Shown here piece by piece: positions 22,630-30,986 of a DNA stretch of 64,000 bases (positions are counted from its first letter, which is position 1; each line of letters opens with the position of its first letter). The stretch is taken from positions 62,001 through 126,000 of IMG/VR virus record IMGVR_UViG_3300042889_001272; one strand, written 5' to 3'. Both the position numbers and the translations under genes were made by a program. The notes under the pieces are model-generated. The model was not told the origin of the DNA, ran no database searches, and saw only the letters and a list, made by a program, of their open reading frames with translations.

Positions 22630-23932
22630 ATTTGTTATTAGGGACGATATCAATGTTCGAGCAAGATCATTGATTGATTTGAAATATAAAGATTATTCTA
22701 AAGAAGATATAGGTCGTGCTGTGGCATTTTATTTGGACTTGATATTAGATTCCAAATATGAAAAAATAGCAGTTGGATTTGGAAATTTATCTTTACTGTC
22801 AGTGGCATTCATGTTGGCATTGCACAAAAGCGGTAAAGAATATACCATGGTCTATCATGACGGCACATTTAACTTTAATGACTACAGTCATTTATATTCT
22901 CATTTATTTTTTACTGGTGTACCTGATATTAACGGTGTTAAAAAATTAGATGAAATTGTCAAAGATGAAATTATCAAAATTGATCCAAGTAGTATTACAT
23001 TAACTGATTTTTTAGAAAGTTCTGCATTTTCATATTACAAACAAGATGATTTAGTATTTGATTATAACAAGAATAAAAAAGTTAATATTGTCAATCATAT
23101 TAAAGCCAACGATGTTGCATTACTGTATACCACAGAAAAGATAGAAGGCAGTAGCATTTCCGCCGCCATGCAAAATTACTTTATTGAAGACGATTATGTA
23201 GTTATGTTTCGGCCATTTAGTCATTTAGGTGTTGGTACACTGTCTATCTATCCAGCATTTTTTAAAGTTAAAAATATTTCAATATGTACATTTCCTCTTG
23301 ATTGGGCCGAAGAATATCATAAGGCTACTCACATTCATATTGCAAAACAAATGATGGATTATAAATGTGATTTGCCAAAAAAATTAAGAATGCTGACTTC
23401 GGGCGGTTATAATTTTAATTCCGAATGTGTTAACTATGTGACCAGCAGATCAGAAATTGAAAACATTATAGATTGTTTTGGTACTGCTAAATGCCCTCCT
23501 CCGATGGCAATTAGACACACATTAAAAGATACAAACTTTGAATGGATCAATGAATTTATCAGGCTTGGTATTGACGAAGGCACTAATCAATTGATGTTTT
23601 CTGCTGATCAGGACATGGTATTCAATGAAATGCCTGGTTCATTGGGAAATAGTATAACAACTGATGATACCATTGAATTATTGGATAATGGCCGTAGATT
23701 TTCTTTAACTGGAAAGGTAATTCTTACAATAAGAATGGCACATGTATTATATGAGCTTAAAGATTTTGAACGCTTGTTCTCAGAACGCAGTGGCATTGAT
23801 GATTTCAATATAAAATTTGAAGTAATTGACGGATTAAAAAATCCAGTTCTTTATGTAAATGAAAAAGATTTTGATCACGCAAACGCTGTTTTTAATAAAT
23901 TTTTCATCGAATCTAAATTAAAAATTAAATGA
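22619..23932 (+). CDS. Divergent adenylate-forming (AMP-binding/acyl-CoA synthetase-like) protein
   Basis: PFSHLGVGTL, LRMLTSGG, IIDCFGTAKCPP, TDDTIE, LTGK resemble degenerate ANL motifs; AT-rich. Confidence 0.45.
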   Translation: MEFRFVIRDDINVRARSLIDLKYKDYSKEDIGRAVAFYLDLILDSKYEKIAVGFGNLSLLSVAFMLALHKSGKEYTMVYHDGTFNFNDYSHLYSHLFFTGVPDINGVKKLDEIVKDEIIKIDPSSITLTDFLESSAFSYYKQDDLVFDYNKNKKVNIVNHIKANDVALLYTTEKIEGSSISAAMQNYFIEDDYVVMFRPFSHLGVGTLSIYPAFFKVKNISICTFPLDWAEEYHKATHIHIAKQMMDYKCDLPKKLRMLTSGGYNFNSECVNYVTSRSEIENIIDCFGTAKCPPPMAIRHTLKDTNFEWINEFIRLGIDEGTNQLMFSADQDMVFNEMPGSLGNSITTDDTIELLDNGRRFSLTGKVILTIRMAHVLYELKDFERLFSERSGIDDFNIKFEVIDGLKNPVLYVNEKDFDHANAVFNKFFIESKLKIK

Positions 23933-24078
23933 CCAACGAACAAGTATTAGAATTGTATTCAGCAATGGAAGCAGAATTTGGTGAGTTGCCAAACTTTGAA
24001 CACTATCCTCGACAATTCATTTATTATTATAAACTTTTTAGATTGATTCAGAATGTTCAAAAACCTAATCCTAAGTAA
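23929..24078 (+). CDS. Small hypothetical protein (49 aa), not in ORF track
   Basis: ATGA overlap with the upstream stop; MTNEQVLELYSAMEAEFGELPNFEHYPRQFIYYYKLF... Confidence 0.6.
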   Translation: MTNEQVLELYSAMEAEFGELPNFEHYPRQFIYYYKLFRLIQNVQKPNPK

Positions 24079-24673
24079 TATATTTGACGATTTCGCAGAT
24101 ACACTGCCATCAAAGCGTGGCAAAGAACCTTCATTAAAAAACATTGTAGATACTATTTACAAAGATAGTACACAAGAACAAGGTCCGTGGATTGCCGGCG
24201 GCATGGGACGTCAACTTGCAGTCGATCCCACTTGTCAAGAGTTCGCTGATATTGATGTATGGTTCTCAGGGCCCACTATCTACGAACAATGTATGATTAG
24301 ATTGAACAATACATTTGGTAATTATATGTATGAAACATTTAGCAGTGACAACGCTAAAACATATACAATCGGTGATTATAAAGTTCAGTTAATTCGTAGA
24401 GCATACTATGATAGCCTAGACGATGTGTTTGATAGTTTCGACTTTACCTGCTGTCAAGTTGCTGTGGATCAAAACTTTAAATTGTCTGGGCCTGGATTAG
24501 ATGATGCTAGAAACAATGTTCTTAAACTAAACAAATTGGATCACCGCGGGTTCTTGGCACGTTATGCCAAGTATGTGGGCTATGGCTATGTTATGCCCAA
24601 CGAAGAATTTTTAGACATTATCAACAATGAAGAAATCAATTATGAATTTGACGCAACAACTCTTGGATACTGA
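24053..24673 (+). CDS. Nucleotidyltransferase (CCA/poly(A) polymerase head-like)
   Basis: PWIAGG, DIDVWF, FDSFDFTCCQVA. Confidence 0.6.
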   Translation: MFKNLILSNIFDDFADTLPSKRGKEPSLKNIVDTIYKDSTQEQGPWIAGGMGRQLAVDPTCQEFADIDVWFSGPTIYEQCMIRLNNTFGNYMYETFSSDNAKTYTIGDYKVQLIRRAYYDSLDDVFDSFDFTCCQVAVDQNFKLSGPGLDDARNNVLKLNKLDHRGFLARYAKYVGYGYVMPNEEFLDIINNEEINYEFDATTLGY

Positions 24674-25034
24674 GCTAGGGCAAGCGGCTTTAATTAGCAA
24701 ACTTAGCGGCAGGCCTGCCCATGTCTTCGATGATATATTTGCTTGGAACGGTAAAGTTGTAGATCGTGCCACTGCCGTTATTGCTTTATTAAAAGTGTAT
24801 AATCAAGTGCCGGTCAGCGACGGCGTTAAAATAAGTGTATTTGAAAAATACGCAAATAGATTTGATGCTATCAAGGAAAGTGATTTCTTCATTGATGTTT
24901 ATTTTGACGACACTCGCGACCCTACTAGAGAAGCAAAAATCTGGTTTAATAAAGTCTGTACAGCAATCAAAGGAGATGTTACAGAATTATCTTCTGACAA
25001 AATTAAAGATATTTTGGTTACATTACATAGTTAA
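24627..25034 (+). CDS. Hypothetical protein
   Basis: ORF; start uncertain. Confidence 0.55.
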   Translation: MKKSIMNLTQQLLDTELGQAALISKLSGRPAHVFDDIFAWNGKVVDRATAVIALLKVYNQVPVSDGVKISVFEKYANRFDAIKESDFFIDVYFDDTRDPTREAKIWFNKVCTAIKGDVTELSSDKIKDILVTLHS

Positions 25035-25071
25035 ATTAGTGATCAATCACTAATAAAGTATGATAAAAATG

Positions 25072-25100
25072 TTGCACTGCCGCATAAATAATGTTATAAT
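25072..25100 (+). promoter_or_regulatory. sigma70-type promoter with nested TAAATA late element
   Basis: TTGCAC (25072) - 17 nt - TATAAT (25095); TAAATA at 25085. Confidence 0.65.
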
Positions 25101-25159
25101 AAACACATAGCGTCTAAGATAGAGCTATTTTATTACTTGCTTACATTAAGGAGAAAATT

Positions 25160-25435
25160 ATGTTTACAGTAGATCAATCAGTAGATACCATTCAAAATGG
25201 TAAAAAACAATTCGTTAAGACATTTGTTCAGAACGAGACAGCGGCAACAGCGATGAATGAGTTCATTGATGCACAAGCTGATTACACAAAGAAAGCTGCC
25301 AAAGTTGGCATGGATACATTCACAGTATTGGCCAGCGAAACAACTAAAGCCATGCAGAATGCCATGAAATTTGACTACACCAAGTTCGGTGAAGGCATTA
25401 TGAAGGCTTACACAGCTAACACAAATAAGAAATAA
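25160..25435 (+). CDS. Small amphipathic helical protein, possibly phasin-like
   Basis: AGGAG SD; Ala/Thr/Lys-rich all-helical pattern (AMNEFIDAQADYTKKAAK). Confidence 0.5.
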   Translation: MFTVDQSVDTIQNGKKQFVKTFVQNETAATAMNEFIDAQADYTKKAAKVGMDTFTVLASETTKAMQNAMKFDYTKFGEGIMKAYTANTNKK

Positions 25436-25455
25436 TTAAATTTCACTTTGTGACC

Positions 25456-25493
25456 AATCCTTGCTAAATAACATATTAGCAAGGATTTTTTTT
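25456..25493 (+). terminator. Intrinsic terminator overlapping a late promoter
   Basis: 12-bp stem AATCCTTGCTAA / TTAGCAAGGATT followed by a T run; TAAATA at 25465. Confidence 0.7.
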
Positions 25494-27320
25494 ATGCGTT
25501 TTAACGAATTAACAGAACAATCACAATTAGATGAATTTCAATTGAATCCGACTGGTGCATTAGCCAGCATTATTAGATGGGGTGCTGAAAATCCAGCCGT
25601 GCTGGCGGCATTGGGTATTGCAGCCGGCGGCGGCGCATTCGCATTAACAAGTGGTGCAGCCGCACTAGGTCCATTGATGGCTGCTGTTACTTCTATTAAT
25701 GCGGGACAAGGCGCATTAGGTTTACTTAGTCTAGATAAACTCAAAGATTTAATTCAACAAAATCCCAGTCAGGCAGAAGGTTACATTAAAAAGTTAATTT
25801 ACAAATATGTAGGTGATCAATCAGACGTTGAAGAATTTGAAAAACTACACGCACAAACTGCTTATAAAGGTGAAACAGAATTCCGATGGAGAGCAGAAAA
25901 TTGGCCAGTAACAATGGACAAGAATGCCGCCGAAAGTTATTTAGAAAAGAATGACAAATATTGGTTGGATACTTACAATCAACCGCAAGGTGTGGCGGAA
26001 GGCGGCAGCGATTACGAAGAGTTACAGGACAAAATAGAGTGGTTAATGGGTGCGCCAAATTATCTAAAATCTGACGAGGCCAGAGAAACAGCAGCCTATA
26101 CACCAGATACTGATTCTGTCTGGGCCGGTTATCGTGATGACCAATTGACTAAGAAAAATGAATCAGTAACCGAAGCAAAGAGCTTACATAAGCGTGTTAA
26201 AATCGTCAAAGGACCGTATGCCGGAAAGTACGGCTGGATCCGCGAAATCAAACATGGCGCCTACAAAGGTGCGCCAAAAACATATTATGTCGATGTTGAA
26301 GGCGGTGGACAAGCTAACAACTTATCATCAAGTGAGTTGCGTTTGGCAAAAGAGCAAAATGTAACTGAATCCCAAGAAGATATGACTCCGAATTGGGCCA
26401 AGTATGTACTGGATCAAATTTACAACAGTGATGGCGCAGTCACACTGACTGACCTGTTTGACGAAGGTATCCCGGGCTTGCACGACATGTTCATGGCAAC
26501 TGCTAAAGCACATGGCCTTGATCCAGAAGAAGAATTTGAAGATGTTCAACATGAACTAACTGTAGAATTAGAAGATATCATCAAAGGTGGCCATGGATTG
26601 GACGAAGGCTATTACGATCTTAACAGTGATCTTCCAGGAATGGAACCAATTGACTTTTCATCTAATCCAAGTTTTAAAGATCTTATTACTCGTTATACAC
26701 AACTTGTATATCAAGGTCATGCCAGTGAAACAAGCCCAGAAGAAGATCAAGAACACGACGAGATCGAACAGTATGTTGCCAAACGTTTCGGTGAAAAAGG
26801 TTCTGCACATTTACAAAAAGCAGGCGAAGTTAGTTATTGGGGTCGAGATGACGGTAAAGGTAGCGGACACATTCGTTCCAGCAACTTAGGTCGTCCAAAT
26901 CAACCAGGTGGTAATTTCCGCACAACAAAATCAGGCAAGATGCACGGTCAAGATGTTAAAATGATGAAGAACAAAGTTGCAGATAGATTAGGTCGTCATC
27001 CTGAACCATCATTACCAGAAGGTAGATATGATAACCGCGATGCTTATCAACGTGATTATGACAACAGTGTAGCAGGTATGGGCAAGCGCCAATCTTATGC
27101 TTATAGTCAAGACGGCGGTGCCAACGATGAAGGATGGAACAATTATAAAGAACCAGAACCTAAGCGTAAAATTTACTCTTTGCAAATCAACGGAAAAACA
27201 TGGACACAGGATGGCAATACTGTTACGTTCTTTACACGAGAACGTGCAGAATCTGCAAAAAATTCTATACTGAACAAGCGTCCAGAAACAAAAATTGTAG
27301 TAATGGTACAAGAAGTTTAA
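25494..27320 (+). CDS. Modular putative internal head polyprotein
   Basis: Starts MRFNELTE (ATG 25494); modules joined by QGVAEG, ESVTEA, QNVTES, LDEG, LPEG. Confidence 0.7.
   Translation: MRFNELTEQSQLDEFQLNPTGALASIIRWGAENPAVLAALGIAAGGGAFALTSGAAALGPLMAAVTSINAGQGALGLLSLDKLKDLIQQNPSQAEGYIKKLIYKYVGDQSDVEEFEKLHAQTAYKGETEFRWRAENWPVTMDKNAAESYLEKNDKYWLDTYNQPQGVAEGGSDYEELQDKIEWLMGAPNYLKSDEARETAAYTPDTDSVWAGYRDDQLTKKNESVTEAKSLHKRVKIVKGPYAGKYGWIREIKHGAYKGAPKTYYVDVEGGGQANNLSSSELRLAKEQNVTESQEDMTPNWAKYVLDQIYNSDGAVTLTDLFDEGIPGLHDMFMATAKAHGLDPEEEFEDVQHELTVELEDIIKGGHGLDEGYYDLNSDLPGMEPIDFSSNPSFKDLITRYTQLVYQGHASETSPEEDQEHDEIEQYVAKRFGEKGSAHLQKAGEVSYWGRDDGKGSGHIRSSNLGRPNQPGGNFRTTKSGKMHGQDVKMMKNKVADRLGRHPEPSLPEGRYDNRDAYQRDYDNSVAGMGKRQSYAYSQDGGANDEGWNNYKEPEPKRKIYSLQINGKTWTQDGNTVTFFTRERAESAKNSILNKRPETKIVVMVQEV
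25986..26003 (+). repeat. GVAEG junction repeat, copy 1
   Basis: CAAGGTGTGGCGGAAGGC. Confidence 0.9.
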
Positions 27321-27321
27321 T

Positions 27322-27720
27322 ATGAGACTAAATGAATTCTTAGACAACGATGTTCCTGAAATAGGCGACATTTTAGAAGTAGAGATAGGCGACGAAGTTG
27401 TTGAAACTGTGATCACTGCCATAGACAATGGTGACTACATCTGTGAAACAGACAACAACACTAGTATGTCATTGCTTGAAGCAGAATATCACGGACGCAA
27501 AGTAAAATTGGGCAAACCCATGCCAGGCGATGTTAAAAAATCAAAAGTCTATGTTAGAAATCCTAAAACAGGTAAAGTAATCAAAGTAAACTTTGGTGAT
27601 CCTAATATGCGTATTAAAAAATCTAACCCTGCACGTCGTAAGAGTTTTAGAGCAAGACACAACTGTGCCAATCCCGGGCCGCGAACTAAAGCCCGTTACT
27701 GGAGTTGCAGTAAGTGGTAA
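27322..27720 (+). CDS. Putative internal head protein with basic C-terminal module
   Basis: MRLNEF start; LLEAEYHGRKVKL...KVNFGDPNM...RRKSFRARHNC...ARYWSC. Confidence 0.7.
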   Translation: MRLNEFLDNDVPEIGDILEVEIGDEVVETVITAIDNGDYICETDNNTSMSLLEAEYHGRKVKLGKPMPGDVKKSKVYVRNPKTGKVIKVNFGDPNMRIKKSNPARRKSFRARHNCANPGPRTKARYWSCSKW

Positions 27721-27737
27721 ACATTATAAATAATACT

Positions 27738-28187
27738 ATGAAAAAACTATTAATCTTAACCCTGCTAGCTATTAGCTCATTTGCATTTGCACAAACTGCA
27801 CCTAAAGAAAAACCCATGGTCATATATGACTGGAAAATAAACCGTGTTGTAGATGGTGACACAGTAGAAGTGGCCACACCTTGGGTACCAGATCCATTAC
27901 CTAAAAAGATCAGCATTCGTGTATTTGGGGTAGACACTCCGGAAAAAGGACACAGAGCGTTATGTCCCAGCGAAGCACAGCGTGGCGAAGCCGCCAGTGC
28001 ATTTACTAAAAAAGTTATCACAGAAAGCAAGACTGCCCGAGTGGCAGTCTTGAGCTGGGACAAATACGGTGGCCGTATGCTGGGCGATATCATTTTAGAT
28101 AATAATGTTAGCCTACGTGCGCTATTAATCAAGAATGGTTTTGCTCGAGAATACTATGGCGAAGCCAAGCAAAGTTGGTGTAATTAA
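27738..28187 (+). CDS. Thermonuclease (SNase-like) with signal peptide
   Basis: MKKLLILTLLAISSFAFA; RVVDGDT, IRVFGVDTPE, DKYGGRMLG, LIKNGFAR; TATAAATA at 27725. Confidence 0.88.
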   Translation: MKKLLILTLLAISSFAFAQTAPKEKPMVIYDWKINRVVDGDTVEVATPWVPDPLPKKISIRVFGVDTPEKGHRALCPSEAQRGEAASAFTKKVITESKTARVAVLSWDKYGGRMLGDIILDNNVSLRALLIKNGFAREYYGEAKQSWCN

Positions 28188-28199
28188 TTAAAATTTAAC

Positions 28200-28228
28200 T
28201 TGATATTTCATATGCTTTATGTTATAAT
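28200..28228 (+). promoter_or_regulatory. sigma70-type promoter
   Basis: TTGATA (28200) - 17 nt - TATAAT (28223). Confidence 0.75.
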
Positions 28229-28239
28229 AGTTGCACGAA

Positions 28240-28318
28240 ACACTCTACCTTAGGACCTTTGCGTTATAAGAGTGTAGGCGGCTGCTGCCTAGAATGTAAG
28301 TTACGCCAGACTTCATTC
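28240..28318 (+). promoter_or_regulatory. Structured 5' leader (candidate cis-regulatory RNA)
   Basis: Three consecutive stems: ACACTCT/AGAGTGT, TAGGC/GCCTA, GAATG-AAGT/ACTT-CATTC. Confidence 0.55.
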
Positions 28319-28343
28319 AAAGTGAGCATTAATTTTGGATATT

Positions 28344-29087
28344 ATGTTTACAGAAAAAGTCACTTGGGTTCATCACTGGAGTGATCGTACATTTAGTTTT
28401 AAATGCACTCGCAGTACAGCATTTAGATTTGTTGCCGGCGAATTTGCCATGATTGGCTTAATGATTGATGGCAAACGTGTGATCCGTGCATACAGTATAG
28501 TAAGTCCTCCCTGGAGTGAGGAACTGGAATTTCTCAGTATTAAAATACAAGACGGTGAATTAACCAGCAAACTTCAACACATAGAAGTTGGCAGTGAAGT
28601 CGTAGTCATGCCCAAATGCACAGGCACATTAGTAAATTCTGCATTAACACCTGGCGGAGAATTATGGATGCTGGCCACTGGTACAGGGCTTGCGCCATTC
28701 ATGAGTTTGATTCGTGATTTAGAAACACTGGAAACTTGGACGAAGATTCATATTGTACATAGTGTTAGACATAGTTCAGATTTAGCGTATAATGTAGACT
28801 TATCAACAGCGTTCAAACTTCATCCGGTAGATGGAGAGTTGCACGACTTGGTTGATGCTGTATTGGAATATCATCCTATACTTACTGGGCAAGGTGAACC
28901 CAGAATCGGCTATCAATTAACCACAGGCATGCTAAAGATTAACACTGACATAGATAAAATAATGCTATGCGGCAATTTAGAATTTAATCATCAAGTCTCC
29001 GATTGGTGCGAAGCTCGGGGTATGATGGAAGGAAGTATCCGTGAACCAGGAACATTTGTAGTAGAAAGAGCATTCGTAGAAAAATAA
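28344..29087 (+). CDS. fpr: Ferredoxin(flavodoxin)-NADP+ reductase
   Basis: FVAGEFAMIG, RAYSIVS, GELTSKL, LWMLATGTGLAPFMS, MLCGN, FVVERAF. Confidence 0.92.
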   Translation: MFTEKVTWVHHWSDRTFSFKCTRSTAFRFVAGEFAMIGLMIDGKRVIRAYSIVSPPWSEELEFLSIKIQDGELTSKLQHIEVGSEVVVMPKCTGTLVNSALTPGGELWMLATGTGLAPFMSLIRDLETLETWTKIHIVHSVRHSSDLAYNVDLSTAFKLHPVDGELHDLVDAVLEYHPILTGQGEPRIGYQLTTGMLKINTDIDKIMLCGNLEFNHQVSDWCEARGMMEGSIREPGTFVVERAFVEK

Positions 29088-29102
29088 GCAATAAATACTA
29101 CT

Positions 29103-29954
29103 ATGAAGACAGCAATCATAGTTAATGGAATGTGTCGACAAACATTAGTATCGTCAATGTCTTGGGACATATTTCCTTTTGAAGCTGATTGGTATCTTAG
29201 TACTTGGGATTACACACAAGAAACATATTTTCCAGACTCATTCACAAGCAAGAAAGAAATCGACAATATTAGGCATTTTTTTAAGCACATAGAAATAAAC
29301 AATTACGAAGAATATTTTACAAATTTTATAATTAAAGGTCGCGTCAACCCAATGTTTCGAAGTTTTAAATTATTAGATTCTATTAGAGATATAATTTTAT
29401 CACAGAAGTATGAAAGAATTATTATATTTCGACCAGATTTATACTTTAAAAAATTAGAACATCTTAATAATAATGACTTTGAAATTAATAATAACACAGT
29501 TAGAATTTTAGGAAGACATGAACCAGATAGTTTCTATGATAGAAAAAGAAGCACAGCAGATGATGTATTTTTTGTAATGCCCACTAATATATTTAAGATG
29601 TATTCAGATTTAAATTATATGTCTGAATTAAATGACAAATTTAATATTAGATCCGATGTACATAAATTAACATTTCATTTTTTCGACTCTTTGGGTTGTA
29701 ATGTAAAACTCATAGAAAAAATTAGATCGACTATTGTACGTAAGGACGCCGGCGACTATTATACAGAACATAACAATATCGATTTTACAATAATTGCAAG
29801 AATATTCGACAAAATGTATGATGAAAAAGATATGACAGGTGTTGGAAAGTTTTGGTGGCAATTTAATAAAATTATTATACATGAGCCAGCAGATCCAGAA
29901 AAGATTAGAATATCACAAGAGACTGGTGGAATTTTGAAATTAAGGAAACAATGA
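29103..29954 (+). CDS. AT-rich hypothetical protein, possibly glycosyltransferase-like
   Basis: ADWYLSTWD, IIFRPDLYF, DDVFF; TAAATA at 29092. Confidence 0.45.
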   Translation: MKTAIIVNGMCRQTLVSSMSWDIFPFEADWYLSTWDYTQETYFPDSFTSKKEIDNIRHFFKHIEINNYEEYFTNFIIKGRVNPMFRSFKLLDSIRDIILSQKYERIIIFRPDLYFKKLEHLNNNDFEINNNTVRILGRHEPDSFYDRKRSTADDVFFVMPTNIFKMYSDLNYMSELNDKFNIRSDVHKLTFHFFDSLGCNVKLIEKIRSTIVRKDAGDYYTEHNNIDFTIIARIFDKMYDEKDMTGVGKFWWQFNKIIIHEPADPEKIRISQETGGILKLRKQ

Positions 29955-30484
29955 AAACATTGATATTAGTAGCGTTACCGGAAGAGTTAGATAAGAATTT
30001 AGTAGATTGCCCTGTTGTTTATACAGGTGTAGGTGTGGCAAATGCCGCGATGCATACAACGTTGGCTTTACTTAAACATCGCCCTGACTTAGTTATTAAC
30101 TATGGCAGTGCTGGCAGTTTAAAAGGTATCACAGGATTAAACAGCGTAGCCAGTGTTTGTCAACGGGATGCTGATTGCAGTCCACTTCGCCAAAGAGGTT
30201 ACATGTTAGGCGAAAATGTGTTATACTATCACAGTGAAGAAGTAGGCGTTAGAGTAGGAAGTGGTAATAACTTTGTCACAGATCCTGATGCTTGGACACT
30301 TGAGCATTGTGATTTAGTGGACATGGAACTTTGGAGTATTGCTAAAGTCTGCGATCATGTTAAGATACCGTGGATAAGCCGTAAGTGGGTCAGCGACAAT
30401 GCTGACGGAGATGCTGGTGCAACATGGGAAGATGCACTACTAGCTGGACAAACAGAATTTGTTAATTGGTTTAATAACCGTTAA
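29951..30484 (+). CDS. MTA/SAH nucleosidase-like (PNP_UDP_1 family)
   Basis: LILVALPEE, YTGVGVANAA, VINYGSAG, GSGNNF, VDMELWSIAKVC, KWVSDNADG. Confidence 0.8.
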   Translation: MKTLILVALPEELDKNLVDCPVVYTGVGVANAAMHTTLALLKHRPDLVINYGSAGSLKGITGLNSVASVCQRDADCSPLRQRGYMLGENVLYYHSEEVGVRVGSGNNFVTDPDAWTLEHCDLVDMELWSIAKVCDHVKIPWISRKWVSDNADGDAGATWEDALLAGQTEFVNWFNNR

Positions 30485-30499
30485 TAATTACTTTTAATT

Positions 30500-30960
30500 T
30501 ACACATATGTTTGATTAGCGATGGCTAATCCCTATTGAGGTTGTACAGATTGTGCTGTGCCGTCGGAGTCTTAGGTTGTGTACGTCAGGAACTAACGAAA
30601 GGTTCTAAAAGATTGCGGCTCTGTGAAAAAGATACAACCGCAGATATTCACAGTTTCGCTGTATGGGATTGTGGAGTCACCGCTGACAGTCAAGTCTTGA
30701 GTAAGGGGTACCGGTCAACCGCCTCTGTTTTAATTAAATCTCATCAATACAGTATGAAAACGAACTCACGAAATGTTTTTATTTTTTGCCGGTTAACGGC
30801 AAATTATGACTTGAATCTACGAAATATTAAACCAGTGTTAAATCAAAATTCAAAACAATAAAGAGAATAGAAAATTGTTTCGAATACGAAGTATGAAGAA
30901 ACAATGTGCAGAGCACATACTAAGATGCGTGTAATATATGGATAGTTACGACTATCAGAT
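30500..30960 (+). ncRNA. Candidate large structured non-coding RNA (or origin-like element)
   Basis: ~500-nt gap in dense coding sequence with many hairpins (GATTAGC-GATG-GCTAATC, TGCGG/CCGCA, TTTGCCG-GTTAA-CGGCAAA, ATGTGC-AGA-GCACAT, GATAGT-TACG-ACTATC); strand not established. Confidence 0.5.
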
Positions 30961-30986
30961 AAATATTCATAATTACAGGAGCTTTT

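Noticed and set aside
30535-30861. 108-aa ORF in the non-coding gap
   Set aside because: TTG start with no SD, atypical composition, and overlap with a hairpin-rich region; probably spurious.
30500-30960. Group I/II intron, tmRNA or RNase P assignment
   Set aside because: No interrupted host gene, and no recognisable P7, domain V, tRNA-like ends or RNase P conserved boxes.
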